64,000 bases of DNA from Isurus oxyrinchus. Lineage: Eukaryota. The notes beneath the pieces were generated by a model. The model made no database searches. It was given only the letters and a program-made list of their open reading frames with translations, and was not told the origin of the DNA. Positions 26,954 through 38,900 of the stretch are shown one piece after another (within the stretch, counting starts at the first letter, position 1; the number at the start of each line of letters is the position of its first letter). The translations under genes and the position numbers were made by a program. Location: NCBI GenBank assembly GCA_026770705.1, contig JANJGN010000047.1:4402001-4466000 (forward strand), in the 5' to 3' direction.

Positions 26954-29900
26954 GTAAGTTTTACAAATTAATATTATCATGTTCTACATTGAGGTTTCCA
27001 CTATTATTAAACAATGAATCTTATTAATGCACATATTGATATTTACTGCAGAATACATTGAGCTATATTGTATGGTTAGTTTTGGATGTTTATTCAAATA
27101 TTAACACGTTTGCCTGTTGAGTAATGGGATATTGCTTCAAAATAATACGCAGATCGAAGGAAACTCGCTGCCTGAAAGGCCGGTGAATGCAGAAACCCTC
27201 ATCACATTTAAAACATGTTCGGTTGCGCATTTACATTATGGTAGAGCACAAAGAAAGCGACCAAAAATGGAAAGGGTGACTAGGCGGTATCCGATTATTC
27301 GACCCGCGCAGGCCCATTCAGCCGAAGGCCCTCATTCTGAGCGCAAATTGCTATGGCTTTACCCGTGTGCATAGGTCCCTGTTCCCTGTCGGCGTTTACC
27401 TGAGGTCCCTTAACCGGCTGGCTAGTTCGGAGTTCTAAACATTCCTAACTGAGAATCTTGTACAGATATAAAACAGATGGATTTCCCGAGAGAATAATCC
27501 AGTCTGGGTTTTATTTATTGAGCACGGACCTTTTACATTTATTTCTGCCCTTCATTAAGATCGTATGAATTGAGGATTGACGGCTCGAGTTTATTTGCCA
27601 AAAAATTATGCAGTTAATATTTTAGGCATTTCAATTGACTTAAAAATCGATCATTTTGAATCATATTTGAAAGGTTTTTACAGCTGGTTGGTGATTGTTT
27701 TAAATGTGATATTTAGGTCAGAACGATTTAAGTCCGAACTACAACATAAATACAGCAGCTGAATTTATTGAGTCTCCTGCTACTCTTCCTCACGCTCAAC
27801 TTATTAAGATTTGCACAATGATCAGACAATTTCAGCAGAGCTGGTACGACATAGAGAGCCGTCACTGTTAGAATATCATGGAGCGGAGTCTTTGTTCATG
27901 TCAACTAACTGAGTATGAAACTGCACCTTCAAAGGTGTGAGCCTCCACACATATTACTGTCAGGGGTATTTCTCATTCGCTGTTCCGCGGGAATTCGGTG
28001 TGATATAGGGACAAACACTACAGCATCTATAACAGTTGGTTCTGCTTTAGAGTGTTTTGCAAGTTCGATAAATAGTTTATATTGAAATAGGAATAAAGAG
28101 CACAATTATTTTTATAATGTTTTCTTTTGGCAATTAAGTGCATTCTCCAAATATATAGTTACTGCAACTTCTTTAACTCATGGGAAGAGACTTATTAATG
28201 CTCTTGCTTAATTTTTAATACAACCTTCCACGTATGACCACATTGTATGGATATTAAAATTCCCATTGAATTGTTTGTTTTTCAGGTTTATGTCATAAGT
28301 ACGTTGGTTCACATTTATTCCAAATTCTCATTGTTTTTCACGGTGTTTAATGAGGTATCGAGTCTTGTGCCTTTACTTCCTTCCACCTGCCTGATATTAT
28401 TATTCAGTTTTATGTCGATGCCGTGGTTGAGATTTGTTGCTGCTTCCAGTGTGTGTCTTCTTTTACAATTATAAATCTCTTATTAACAATAGGAAATGCT
28501 GCCTTAGTGACAGGGAAACCTCGCTGCATTCTTGTCAGGTACACAGTAAAAGGCATATGGCTCCCTAAATCAGTTTCAATTATTTAGAAATAAATGACTG
28601 ACACTAAACGCCAGGCATTGTAATTTATTTGAGGAATATGTCTTCTAAATAAAAGCACTGCTAGAAGCATGTATTATATATTGCTCCAGAAAGCACTTTT
28701 CACAAATACAGGAATGAACAAAATTCTTTGTGGAAAATTGGATTATCTTTCCTTAAATCCATAATTAATTTGGGTTGTTTAAGTGAATCCTGAAACAGTT
28801 AATTTAATTGCGTTGAATTCTGAATGTAGACAGTTTGCTCATTTGTTTCATTTTAAATCGCCAAGTTCAAAAGGCCAAATGTGACCATTGCTTTTGGTGG
28901 CTGTAATCTGGGCTAACATGTTTTACTTATTTCGAATTGAAACAGAGACATGGGTGTGAAAAGGTCGAAAGTGATCACACTCCCAGCAGTTTGCTTTTAT
29001 CTTCACCTCTGCGCCTCTTGGACAGAAACAACAGACTAGACATACAATTCGAACCAGGTTATTTAAATTCAGTGGATAAGGAACAGAGACCGTCGTTGTT
29101 AGAAAGGAACAGATCAAATTCTGGAATGTAAATTAACTCAATGAGTACAAAATCCTGGTCAGTGAAGCACTCACTGGTGAATGAACCATTGCAGATGTTT
29201 CAGTAACTGAATTTCCTCAGTAGAAATGTGGTCAAACCTACTTGTGATACAGTGAAATAAGAAGCATGCAAATGCTTTATTCAGCAATAGAGGGTTGGAT
29301 AATATTTTTGAATAGTGTAGAATAAAATCTTAATTTTTGTCAGCTTAAACATTGCTTGAATTAAGTTTTACTATATGTATAATTATTACCTGCAATCTAC
29401 AAAAACTTACTTAGCTAAAAATGTTCTTATATTTACATATTTGCTCAGAATTTTTCTTATCTTTTACTTGCATCAATATTATGACTGTTTGATATGAAGT
29501 TGTAGTTTCTGTTTCGCTCATTATCTGTGTACAGATTCAGGAAATTATCAAGTTTTATCCTCCTCCTTCCAAATTCCCGATAACTTTTATGTGGACTTAA
29601 GGGGATCTCGGGATTTTTTTTTCAATTACTTTGCATCGGGGCGAGGATTTTTTATTTTTTTTTTTGCTGCTTTGGCGGTGAAATGCACAAAAATAAATTG
29701 TGTTTTACTGACAGGGAATAAATTCGAGAATTATCAGACACATTTTTCATTTATCAAAATATATTTACATTGGCTATTTACTTTATTTTTTAAACAAAAC
29801 ATGAAAAATAAAAGTTTTAATTCTAAAATCCTAATTGTGTCGCCAATTTTACGAACATTCCCTGCAGAGAGCAGAAAGGAGACAGAAGACGAAATTAATA

Positions 29901-32900
29901 TAATCCCGAATCATTTTCACAAACCAAGCGCAGATCAGGTTTAAATCCCCAAAAGCGGGCCTATGTTAACATTTATATTAAATGGAGAGAGATTTGAAAC
30001 TGCTAATTTAAATTGTGGAAATGTCATTGAATGCATATTACGGACTGCATTATTTTCCCTTCATTCGACATCAAAAAGGGAAATTAATTTATCAAATTCT
30101 ATTAATAAATGTGACATCTAAATATTAACTTGCATCTGCCTAACAGAAAGTTTGAATACGTGGCCAAATACATATCACATTTCGATGTAATCCAGAATAC
30201 AACTCGCAGAAACGAGTCAGTTAGTTTTATGTTCTCCCCTACGGCTCTTGCACAGGCAAAGCAGCGTCAATTGCAAATGTTTTTAATCCCAGAGTGCTTG
30301 CAGCAGACAGCATTTACTCTAAGAGAAGCGTGGATCACATTCTGGGATGTAAGGTCACTGGCCGACTGTACAAACCTTGTTAAAGTTGCCTTTTCTGCCA
30401 ACTGAACCCGTGCGCATATTTTTTAAAACAGATGTTTATCAGTGGCAGAGGGTTGTGACTGTTGTGTGCTATAATGAGCGGATAGATTTCAAATAGTGTT
30501 TCCAATTGAACTTTGGAATTATGGACAATGACTGTTATATTTTTTTCAAATTTAAATTGTAAATTGCGATCGAACAATGTTGGTTGTGATAGGATAATTA
30601 TGGTTATAATGAGTATTAATTGTGTGCTGATAAGCGAGGAGAGCATAAGATCTCACATTTCACAGGCAATTAACCTGTAAACATGCTTGATTATGTGTTT
30701 CTTTTTGGGGGGCCTGAAATCTGTTTTAATTAAATCACTTACCTAAGGAAAACTTTTATATGTATATTACTTACGTGAACCTGAATGTTTGTCAGCCTTT
30801 TCCACATGCTGCATATGTTTTTATAACAGGATCGTGTTGTAGCTAATGAGATATCAGATCTCAACTCTCAATCTTGCATTGCTTTGGGTCGGTTTGTATC
30901 AGGCTTCAGGTCGCATTTATATCTTGTGCATCTTTTGCATGAGGTGCTTAATGTGGAGCTGTTTGGACTGCCGCTCAAGGGGGTTGCTATGAACTAGCTG
31001 GTGCGCAGCTTCTTGAGTATTGTTGCGACTTACATTACCCAGGCAATCAGAGACAATTCCAATAAACTCCTGAGTAATATATTCTAGGAAGGTGCAGGCT
31101 TTGTGCAGGAATGGCAGAAATCATGCAAGCGGTTGCAGAAATTCAACTGAGGGCGGGAATCAATGTGAGAGTTATTTAACACTTTAAACAGGGAATATAG
31201 AGATACCAGAATATCCTCCTGGTTAAACTAAAAAGCAGAGCCCATTATGGAAACTGTTAACGCACAATCAATGGTGTGAAACCAACAAATGGAAAGTGAC
31301 CAAAAACAGGCCGGTCACCATGTCTTGGAGCACCGACAGTGGCTGTGGTAAACATACTATCTTTAGTATGTTAGAGGGACCTTAGATGGTGAAGAGGTGT
31401 TCTGTGTAATGGGTTTTCTCGGGATCTCCTGGGTAAACGTTGACCAGTTAATAACATGAACCTGCTACTGAGCCTGTAGTGGATGCTTTATTAGGAGTGG
31501 AAAACAGATTAAATCACAAATCGCGGGATTATTTCTTCTGAAAAGCGACGGGAAATCTACCTTCAGATAATGATGGAAACTTGGGTGTTTGTTGAATTTT
31601 TTAACATAAAGTTCCTGAAAACCTTATGTTCAAAAAATGACCAAATATTCTCGCATTTGCTTTGAACAAAGAACGCTTTTTGCCGTTTCATCGTTCTCTT
31701 ACCCCCATGTAACTTTAATTTTCAACATTTCATTTCAGGCAGAACTGGGAGCAGTCAGGCTGATCCATCAGGTAATAACTCTCAATTTTCATATTATCTG
31801 AAATTTTTCTGTCCACTCTACGTGAATTAAAACTAACTATTGGAGACAATTGCGGTACCGACTTGATCATTGATTAACTCGCTCTCCATGTGCCTGTCAG
31901 GGAGGAATGGAATGTTTCCTGCACTCTGATAATGAACATACTTAAACCCTGTTGAGGGACAATTGCTGTCTAATGCAGAGTGACTATGACTTGGGTCCCA
32001 GATAGGAGAATGTCAATACCACTGATACTGCTTTTGATCCCAACTGGGCTGCCAATTCGTGAACAGACAGAGATAGAGGTTGCATGACATTCCGGTTCCG
32101 GAAGTTGGGGGAGGGTGGAGCTGGCTGGGAGAAGGAGATTGCAATTTGTGCTCTGATACTCTGAATGGATCTCAGTCTCCGCCAATCAGTGAGTTCGCTA
32201 TTATATTCATATCCATCTCCTGATCTCCGGGACTGGAATAAATTCTGAACGTATCGACACTGTCCCAGAAGGGGCATCTCTCCAACTTATACCGGCTCGT
32301 TTATGGGTTTAATACAATTATAGCCTTGCGTTTGAAATGTTTGATATTTAAATCGAGTTTCAATGGGAGATTGGGCCAAATTCTTCTGCTCTGACCTGCA
32401 GAAAGTGGAGACCGGTTAGCTGGGTCTCGCGGTTTTAATAGGTTGTAATTCTATGCTTATTATTGTATTTTACAGAGGCTGTGAAACTGAGACTGGCGGA
32501 TGGGGGCAGTCGATGCGCAGGAAGAGTGGAGATTCACTACAGAGGGCAGTGGGGGACTGTGTATGATTACAGCTGGGACCTGCAGGACGCCGCTGTTGTG
32601 TGTCGGGAGCTGGGCTGCGGGACCGCGGTCTCTGCACCGGGCGGGGCTCACTTTGGGGAAGGTTCCGGGCCCATTGTGACGGTGGGTGTTCAGTGCAGCG
32701 GGAACGAGGCCGCCCTGCGAGAGTGTACATCAATTTCCTGGGATCACTATTCCATTTCACACAACGATGATGCCAGCGCGATCTGCTCAGGTACAAATAT
32801 TTCTTCTGCTTCACATTGCCCATCGTATCCGATTTTCTTTCCCCTGGAATAAAGGCGGAAATGTTATTTTGGGACAGCTGATAGCTGAAGAATGAGACTT

Positions 32901-35900
32901 AGGGCAGGATATTCTAGTTGGAGTTAATGTTATATTCAATTAGAATGCTTGCGTGTCATACATTCATGTCAATAATTGTGTTAATTTATAAAATTAAGCT
33001 CACACCGGAACGGCACGTTGCAGCCCGCTTTATATCACTGCTGGCTTCTTGCTGTGAGATGACCCGGACAATCCATGGAAAGCGAAGAATGTTTGGAAAA
33101 TCCCGCAAGCATTATACCCTCACCCTCCCCACTTGCACGGATGGTTCGGCATGCTCTTGCGGTAATCAGTGAGAGCGATTGCAGAGTCCGGTTATTCTCT
33201 TCCAAATTCCCGATAACTTTTATGTGGACTTAAGGGGATCTCGGGATTTTTTTACAATTACTTGGCATCGGGGCGAGGATTTTTTTTATTTTTTTTGCTG
33301 CTTTGGCGGTGAAAAGCACAAAAATAAATTGTGTTTTACTGACAGGGAACAAATTCGAGAATTATCAGACACATTTTCCATTTATCAAAATATATTTACA
33401 TTGTTTATTTACTTTATTTTTTAAACAAAACATGAAAAATGAAAGTTTTAATTCTAAAATCCTAATTGTGTCGCCAATTTTACGAACATTCCCTGCAGAG
33501 AGCAGAATGGAGACAGAAGACGAAATTAACATAATCCCGAATCATTTTCACAAACCAAGCGCAGATTAGGTTTAAATCCCCAAAAGCGGGCCTATGTTAA
33601 CATTTATATTAAATGGAGAGAGATTTGAAACTGCTAATTTAAATTGTGGAAATGTCATTGAATGCATATTACGGACTGCATTATTTTCCCTTCATTCGAC
33701 ATCAAAAAGGGAAATTAATTTATCAAATTCTATTAATAAATGTGACATCTAAATATTAACTTGCATCTGCCTAACAGAAACTTTGAATACGTGGCCAAAT
33801 ACATATCACATTTCAATTTAATCCAGAATACAACTCGCAGAAACGAGTCAGTTAGTTTTACGTTCTCCCCTGCGGCTCTTGCACAGGCAAAGCAGCGTCA
33901 ATTGCAAATGTTTTTAATCCCAGAGCGCTAGAAGCAGAGAGCATTTACTCTAAGAGAAGCGTGGATCACATTCTGCGATGTAAGGTCACTGGCCGACTGT
34001 ACAAACCTTGTTAAAGTTGCCTTTTCTGCCAACTGAACCCGTGCGCATATTTTTTAAAACAGATGTTTATCAGTGGCAGAGGGTTGTGACTGTTGTGTGC
34101 TATAATGAGCGGATAGATTTCAAATAGTGTTTTCAATTGAACTTTGGAATTATGGACAATGACTGTTATATTTTTTTCAAATTTAAATTGTAAATTGCGA
34201 TCGAACAATGTTGGTTGTGATAGGATAATTATGGTTATAATGAGTATTAATTGTGTGCTGATAGGCGAGGGGAGCATAAGATCTCACATTTCACAGGCAA
34301 TTAACATGTAAACATGCTTGATTATGTGTTTCTTTTTGGGGGGCCTGAAATCTGTTTCAATTAAATCACTTACCTAAGGAAAACTTTTATATGTATATTA
34401 CTTACGTGAACCTGAATGTTTGTCAGCCTTTTCCACATGCTGCATATGTTTTTATAACAGGATCGTGTTGTAGCTAATGAGATATCAGATCTCAACTCTC
34501 AATCTTGCATTGCTTTGGGTCGGTTTGTATCAGGCTTTAGGTCGCATTTATATCTTGTGCATCTTTTGCATGAGGTGCTTAATGTGGAGCTGTTTGGACT
34601 GCCGCTCAAGGGTGTTGCTATGAACTAGCTGGTGCGCAGCTTCTTGAGTATTGTTGCGACTTACATTACCCAGGCAATCAGAGACAATTCCAATAAACTC
34701 CTGAGTAATATATTCTAGGAAGGTGCAGGCTTTGTGCAGGAATGGCAGAAATCATGCAAGGGGTTGCAGAAATTCAACTGAGGGCGGGAATCAATGTGAG
34801 ATGTTCTTTAACACTTTAAACAGGGAATATAGAGATACCAGAATATCCTCCTGGTTAAACTAAAAAACAGAGCCCATTATGGAAACTGTTAACGCACAAT
34901 CAATGGTGTGAAACCAACAAATGGAAAGTGACCAAAAACAGGCCGGTCACCATGTTTTGGAGCACCGACAGTGGCTGTGGTAAACATACTATCTTTAGTA
35001 TGCTAGAGGGACCTTAGATGGTGAAGAGGTGTTCTGTGTAATGGGTTTTCTCGGGATCTCCTGGGTAAACGTTGACCAGTTAATAACATGAACCTGCTAC
35101 TGAGCCTGTAGTGGATGCTTCATTAGGAGTGGAAAACAAATTAAATGACAAATCGCGGGATTATTTCTTCTGAAAAGCGACGGGAAATCTACCTTCAGAT
35201 AATGATGGAAACTTGGGTGTTTGTTGAATTTTTTAACATAAAGTTCCTGAAAACCTTATGTTCAAAAAATGACAAAATATTCTCGCATTTGCTTTGAACA
35301 AAGAACGCTTTTGTCCATTTCATCGTTCTCTTACCCCCATGAAACTTTAATTTTCAATATTTCATTTCAGGCAGAACTGGGAGCAGTCAGGCTGATCCAT
35401 CAGGTAATAACTCTCAATTTTCATATTATCTGAAATTTTTCTGTCCATTCTACGTGAATTAAAACTAACTGCTGGAGACAATTGCGATACCGACTTGATC
35501 ATTGATTAACTCGCTCTCCATGTGCCTGTCAGGGAGGAACGGAATGTTTCCTGCACTCTGATAATGAACATACTTAAACCCTGTTGAGGGAAAATTGCTG
35601 TCTAATGCAGAGTGGCCATGACTTGGGTCCGGGAGAGGAGAATGGCAATAACCACTGATACTGCTTTTGATCCCAAATGGGCTGCCAATTCGCGAACAGA
35701 CAGAGATAGAGGTTACATGACATTCCAGTTCCGGAGGTTGGGGGAGGGTGGGGCTGGCTGGGAGAAGGAAATTGCAATTTGTGCTCTGATACTCTGAATG
35801 GATCTCAGTCTCCGCCAATCAGTGAGTTCGCTATTATAGTCTCCTCCATCTCCTTATCTCCGGGGACTGGAATAAATTCTGAACGTATCGACAAACTGTC

Positions 35901-38900
35901 CCAGAAGGGGCATCTCTCCAACTTATACCGGCTCGCTTATGGGTTTAATACAATTATATCCTTGTGTTTGAAAGGTTTGATATTTAAATCGAGTTTCAAT
36001 GGGAGATTGGGCCAAATTCTTCTGCTCTGACCTGCAGAAAATGGAGACCGGTTAGCTGGGACTCGCGGTTTTAATAGGTTGTAATTCTATGCTTATTATT
36101 GTATTTTACAGAGGCTATGAAACTGAGACTGGCGAATGGGAGCAGTCGGTGCGCAGGAAGAGTGGAGATTCACTACAGGGGGCAGTGGGGGACTGTGTTT
36201 GGTATCAGCTGGGACCTGCAGGACGCCGCTGTTGTGTGTCGGGAGCTGGGCTGCGGAACCGCGGTCTCTGCACCGGGCGGGGCTCACTTTGGGGAAGGCT
36301 CCGGGCCCATTGTGACGGTGGGTGTTCAGTACAGCGGGAACGAGGCCGCCCTGCGAGACTGTAAATCAGCTTCCTGGGATCACTATCCCATTTCACACAA
36401 CAATGATGCCAGCGCGATCTGCTCAGGTACAAATATTTCTTCTGCTTCGCATCGCCCATCATATCCGATTTCTTTCCCCTGGAATAAAGGCGGAAATGTT
36501 ATTTTGGGACAGCCGACAGCTGACGAATGAGACTTAGGGCAGGATATTCTAGTTGGAGTTAATGTTATATTCAATTAGAATCATTGCGTGTCATACATTC
36601 ATGTCAATAATTGTGTTTATTTATAAAATTAAGCTCACACCGGAACGGCACGTTGCACCCCACTTTATATCACTGCTGGCTTCTTGCTGTGAGGTGACCC
36701 GGACAATCCAAGGATAGTGAAGAATGTTTGGAAAATCCCGCAAGCATTATACCCTCTCCCTTGCCACTCGCATGGATGGATCGGCATGCTCTTGCGGTAA
36801 TCAGTGAGAGTGATTGCAGAGTCCGGTTATTCAGTTGCCCAGCTGTTAGATCAGTGTTTTATGTTCTCACTCCCTGTATAAATTCCATGGCGTAACGACC
36901 CTGGGGAGCACACCGGAGCATGCAGGTGTCTTTGATTCAGCTCTATTGCGGAGTTTCCCAGAGAGCAGGGGAATTCCCCAGATGAAGTTGAAACTTCCCA
37001 GGATGTTCACACATAGTTCAAGGCGCCAATACTTTCGCTGGGTCCGCATGCTCATCTCTGCCGTTCCTCAGGTTTCCCAGATTCCGTAGTACGGAATAAT
37101 TGGTCTGATATTTTACAGGTTGTGAATCGGGAACTGGGAAGGAAGGTTTCTGTGTGTGGGGAGAGTCTAAATTATGGGGCAGCAAGGGTATAATCTGCAA
37201 ACATAATCCCGATGTCAACTGCACAGACCATTCGGTTCAATATTTAATTGATATTGAGATCGGAAGAAGTGCAGCATTTCAAACCAATATGTTAAGTGTA
37301 ATGCAAGGCACAATTGCAGTGAATAATCTTGAAAGCGTTACATTACTGGATGAAAAGCGGAGAGTTCCCCATCAGCGCACCCAAGAAATCCTGGCACATG
37401 GACCTAATCTAGGCATCATCGGAACAGATCTATTAGCAACTTAACCCTTTGTGGGATTTCGGTGGAAAGGGCAGCAATTATAAAACTGAATCAGCCTTTT
37501 AAAACTAAACTCAATGGAGATTAAACGAAAACTGCACTTTCTAAGTTACTGATCAATGTTGTAATTTTTTCAACTGCTTCAGTCATCTCCTTTATGTTAC
37601 ATGGTCGGAAGAGGAGGTGTTTGATCATGACTGCCCAGTGCTCGGCTTCATTCGCAATTCATCAAATTAGGAAGCAGCCCATAGCCACACAGAGCAAATC
37701 CTGCACAACATCCATGCCCCAAATGATATAAGCCAAGTAAGACGTGTCTGCAAACGGCTAATGACAGCAATGGAAGAGAGATTCCAATTGACATTCAGTT
37801 GCTTTGCAGTCAAACAGTCCCTCATCATCTTAAACTTGGGGAACACCGTTGACTGAACTTCCATTTGCAATAGCCAATGCCAATGCCGTGGCTTCCTCAG
37901 CAGGCCAGAGGCTGAATGTTCTGTGAGTATCAGTCTTCAACTGTCTCACCATTGTTTCTCATTTCCCGAATCATCGCTAATCGTGGAAACTGCACGTGAC
38001 CTGTAAAGGCGCTGCTGAGGCACTAGACAGGAGACTTGCCATCCCCAGATGAAGTTCTGTCTTTGACTGGGTGTTTAATCACCACCATCAACCACCATTC
38101 TCTCCCTCAGTGCGATAATAAGACGGCAATCTTAATTATGTGCAGGGAGAACAGCAGCACCTCTAAAAATATTGTCTTCTCCATTTCTGAAAGAAACGGC
38201 GTTCATCTCGCTGGTTCAAGCTCCATGAACTCCCAATCTAAGAGCAATGTGGTAGCCCGTTCACCACACACAAGGCAGCTGCTTTTATGAAACACAGAAT
38301 ATCTTCTCAAGCAAACTCGGATGGACAGTTAATACAGGTCGTGTTAGCGAAGTTCACAACTGTAGTTCTGTTGTAAACATTACACAGAATCACACATTCT
38401 CGACGGCAAAGCTACTGACTCCATAGGCCAACCGGTCAATCTCGGGGTTAATGACGTAATCGAGCATCCCCCGCTCCCCAACCACTTTACCCTCCAGGCA
38501 ATACAACAACTTATCATCTATCTTCATCAATATAACGTGAGGTTCCATTCACCATCATCTGTTCATCAATCATAAATAAATCCATTGCAATCACCTCATC
38601 TTCAGTGGCCACGAGTTCCACATTCTAACAACTGTATGGTAAAAAAAAACATTTCTTCCGAATGCATTTGGGAATTTTAGTATTGTTTGACCATAGCCCA
38701 GAGTTAACCATCATCTATCCTGTCAATTTGTTCAATCGTCAAAAAGATCTTTATCATTTCAGTGCTCGGGTTACCTTCCCTCGTGAAAACAAATGTACCC
38801 AGGCAATTCATTTCATTTCCCCCAACCTTCCTCGTAGAACGGTCAAAATCCATATAAATAACTTTCAACTTGTCTCGTGTCTCTAGGAATTTGATGCCCC

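Larger units (their letters stand above)
29566..36832 (+). repeat. Direct head-to-tail tandem duplication, unit about 3633 bp (29566-33197 and 33199-36832), each with linker micro-exon and N-terminal SRCR exon
   Basis: Both units start cttccaaattcccgataac and end gcagagtccggttattc. Colinear throughout, about 94-98% identical by manual count. Confidence 0.97.

Noticed and set aside
28946-29057. Exon-like segment (aaacag...ccag|gttatt) in intron 1
   Set aside because: Splicing to exon 1 in phase 1 gives an immediate TAG, and there is no homology support
29591-34277. Paired ORFs 29591-29944 / 33303-33569 and 30380-30646 / 34011-34277
   Set aside because: They are intronic AT-rich sequence repeated only because of the tandem duplication, with no protein-like features
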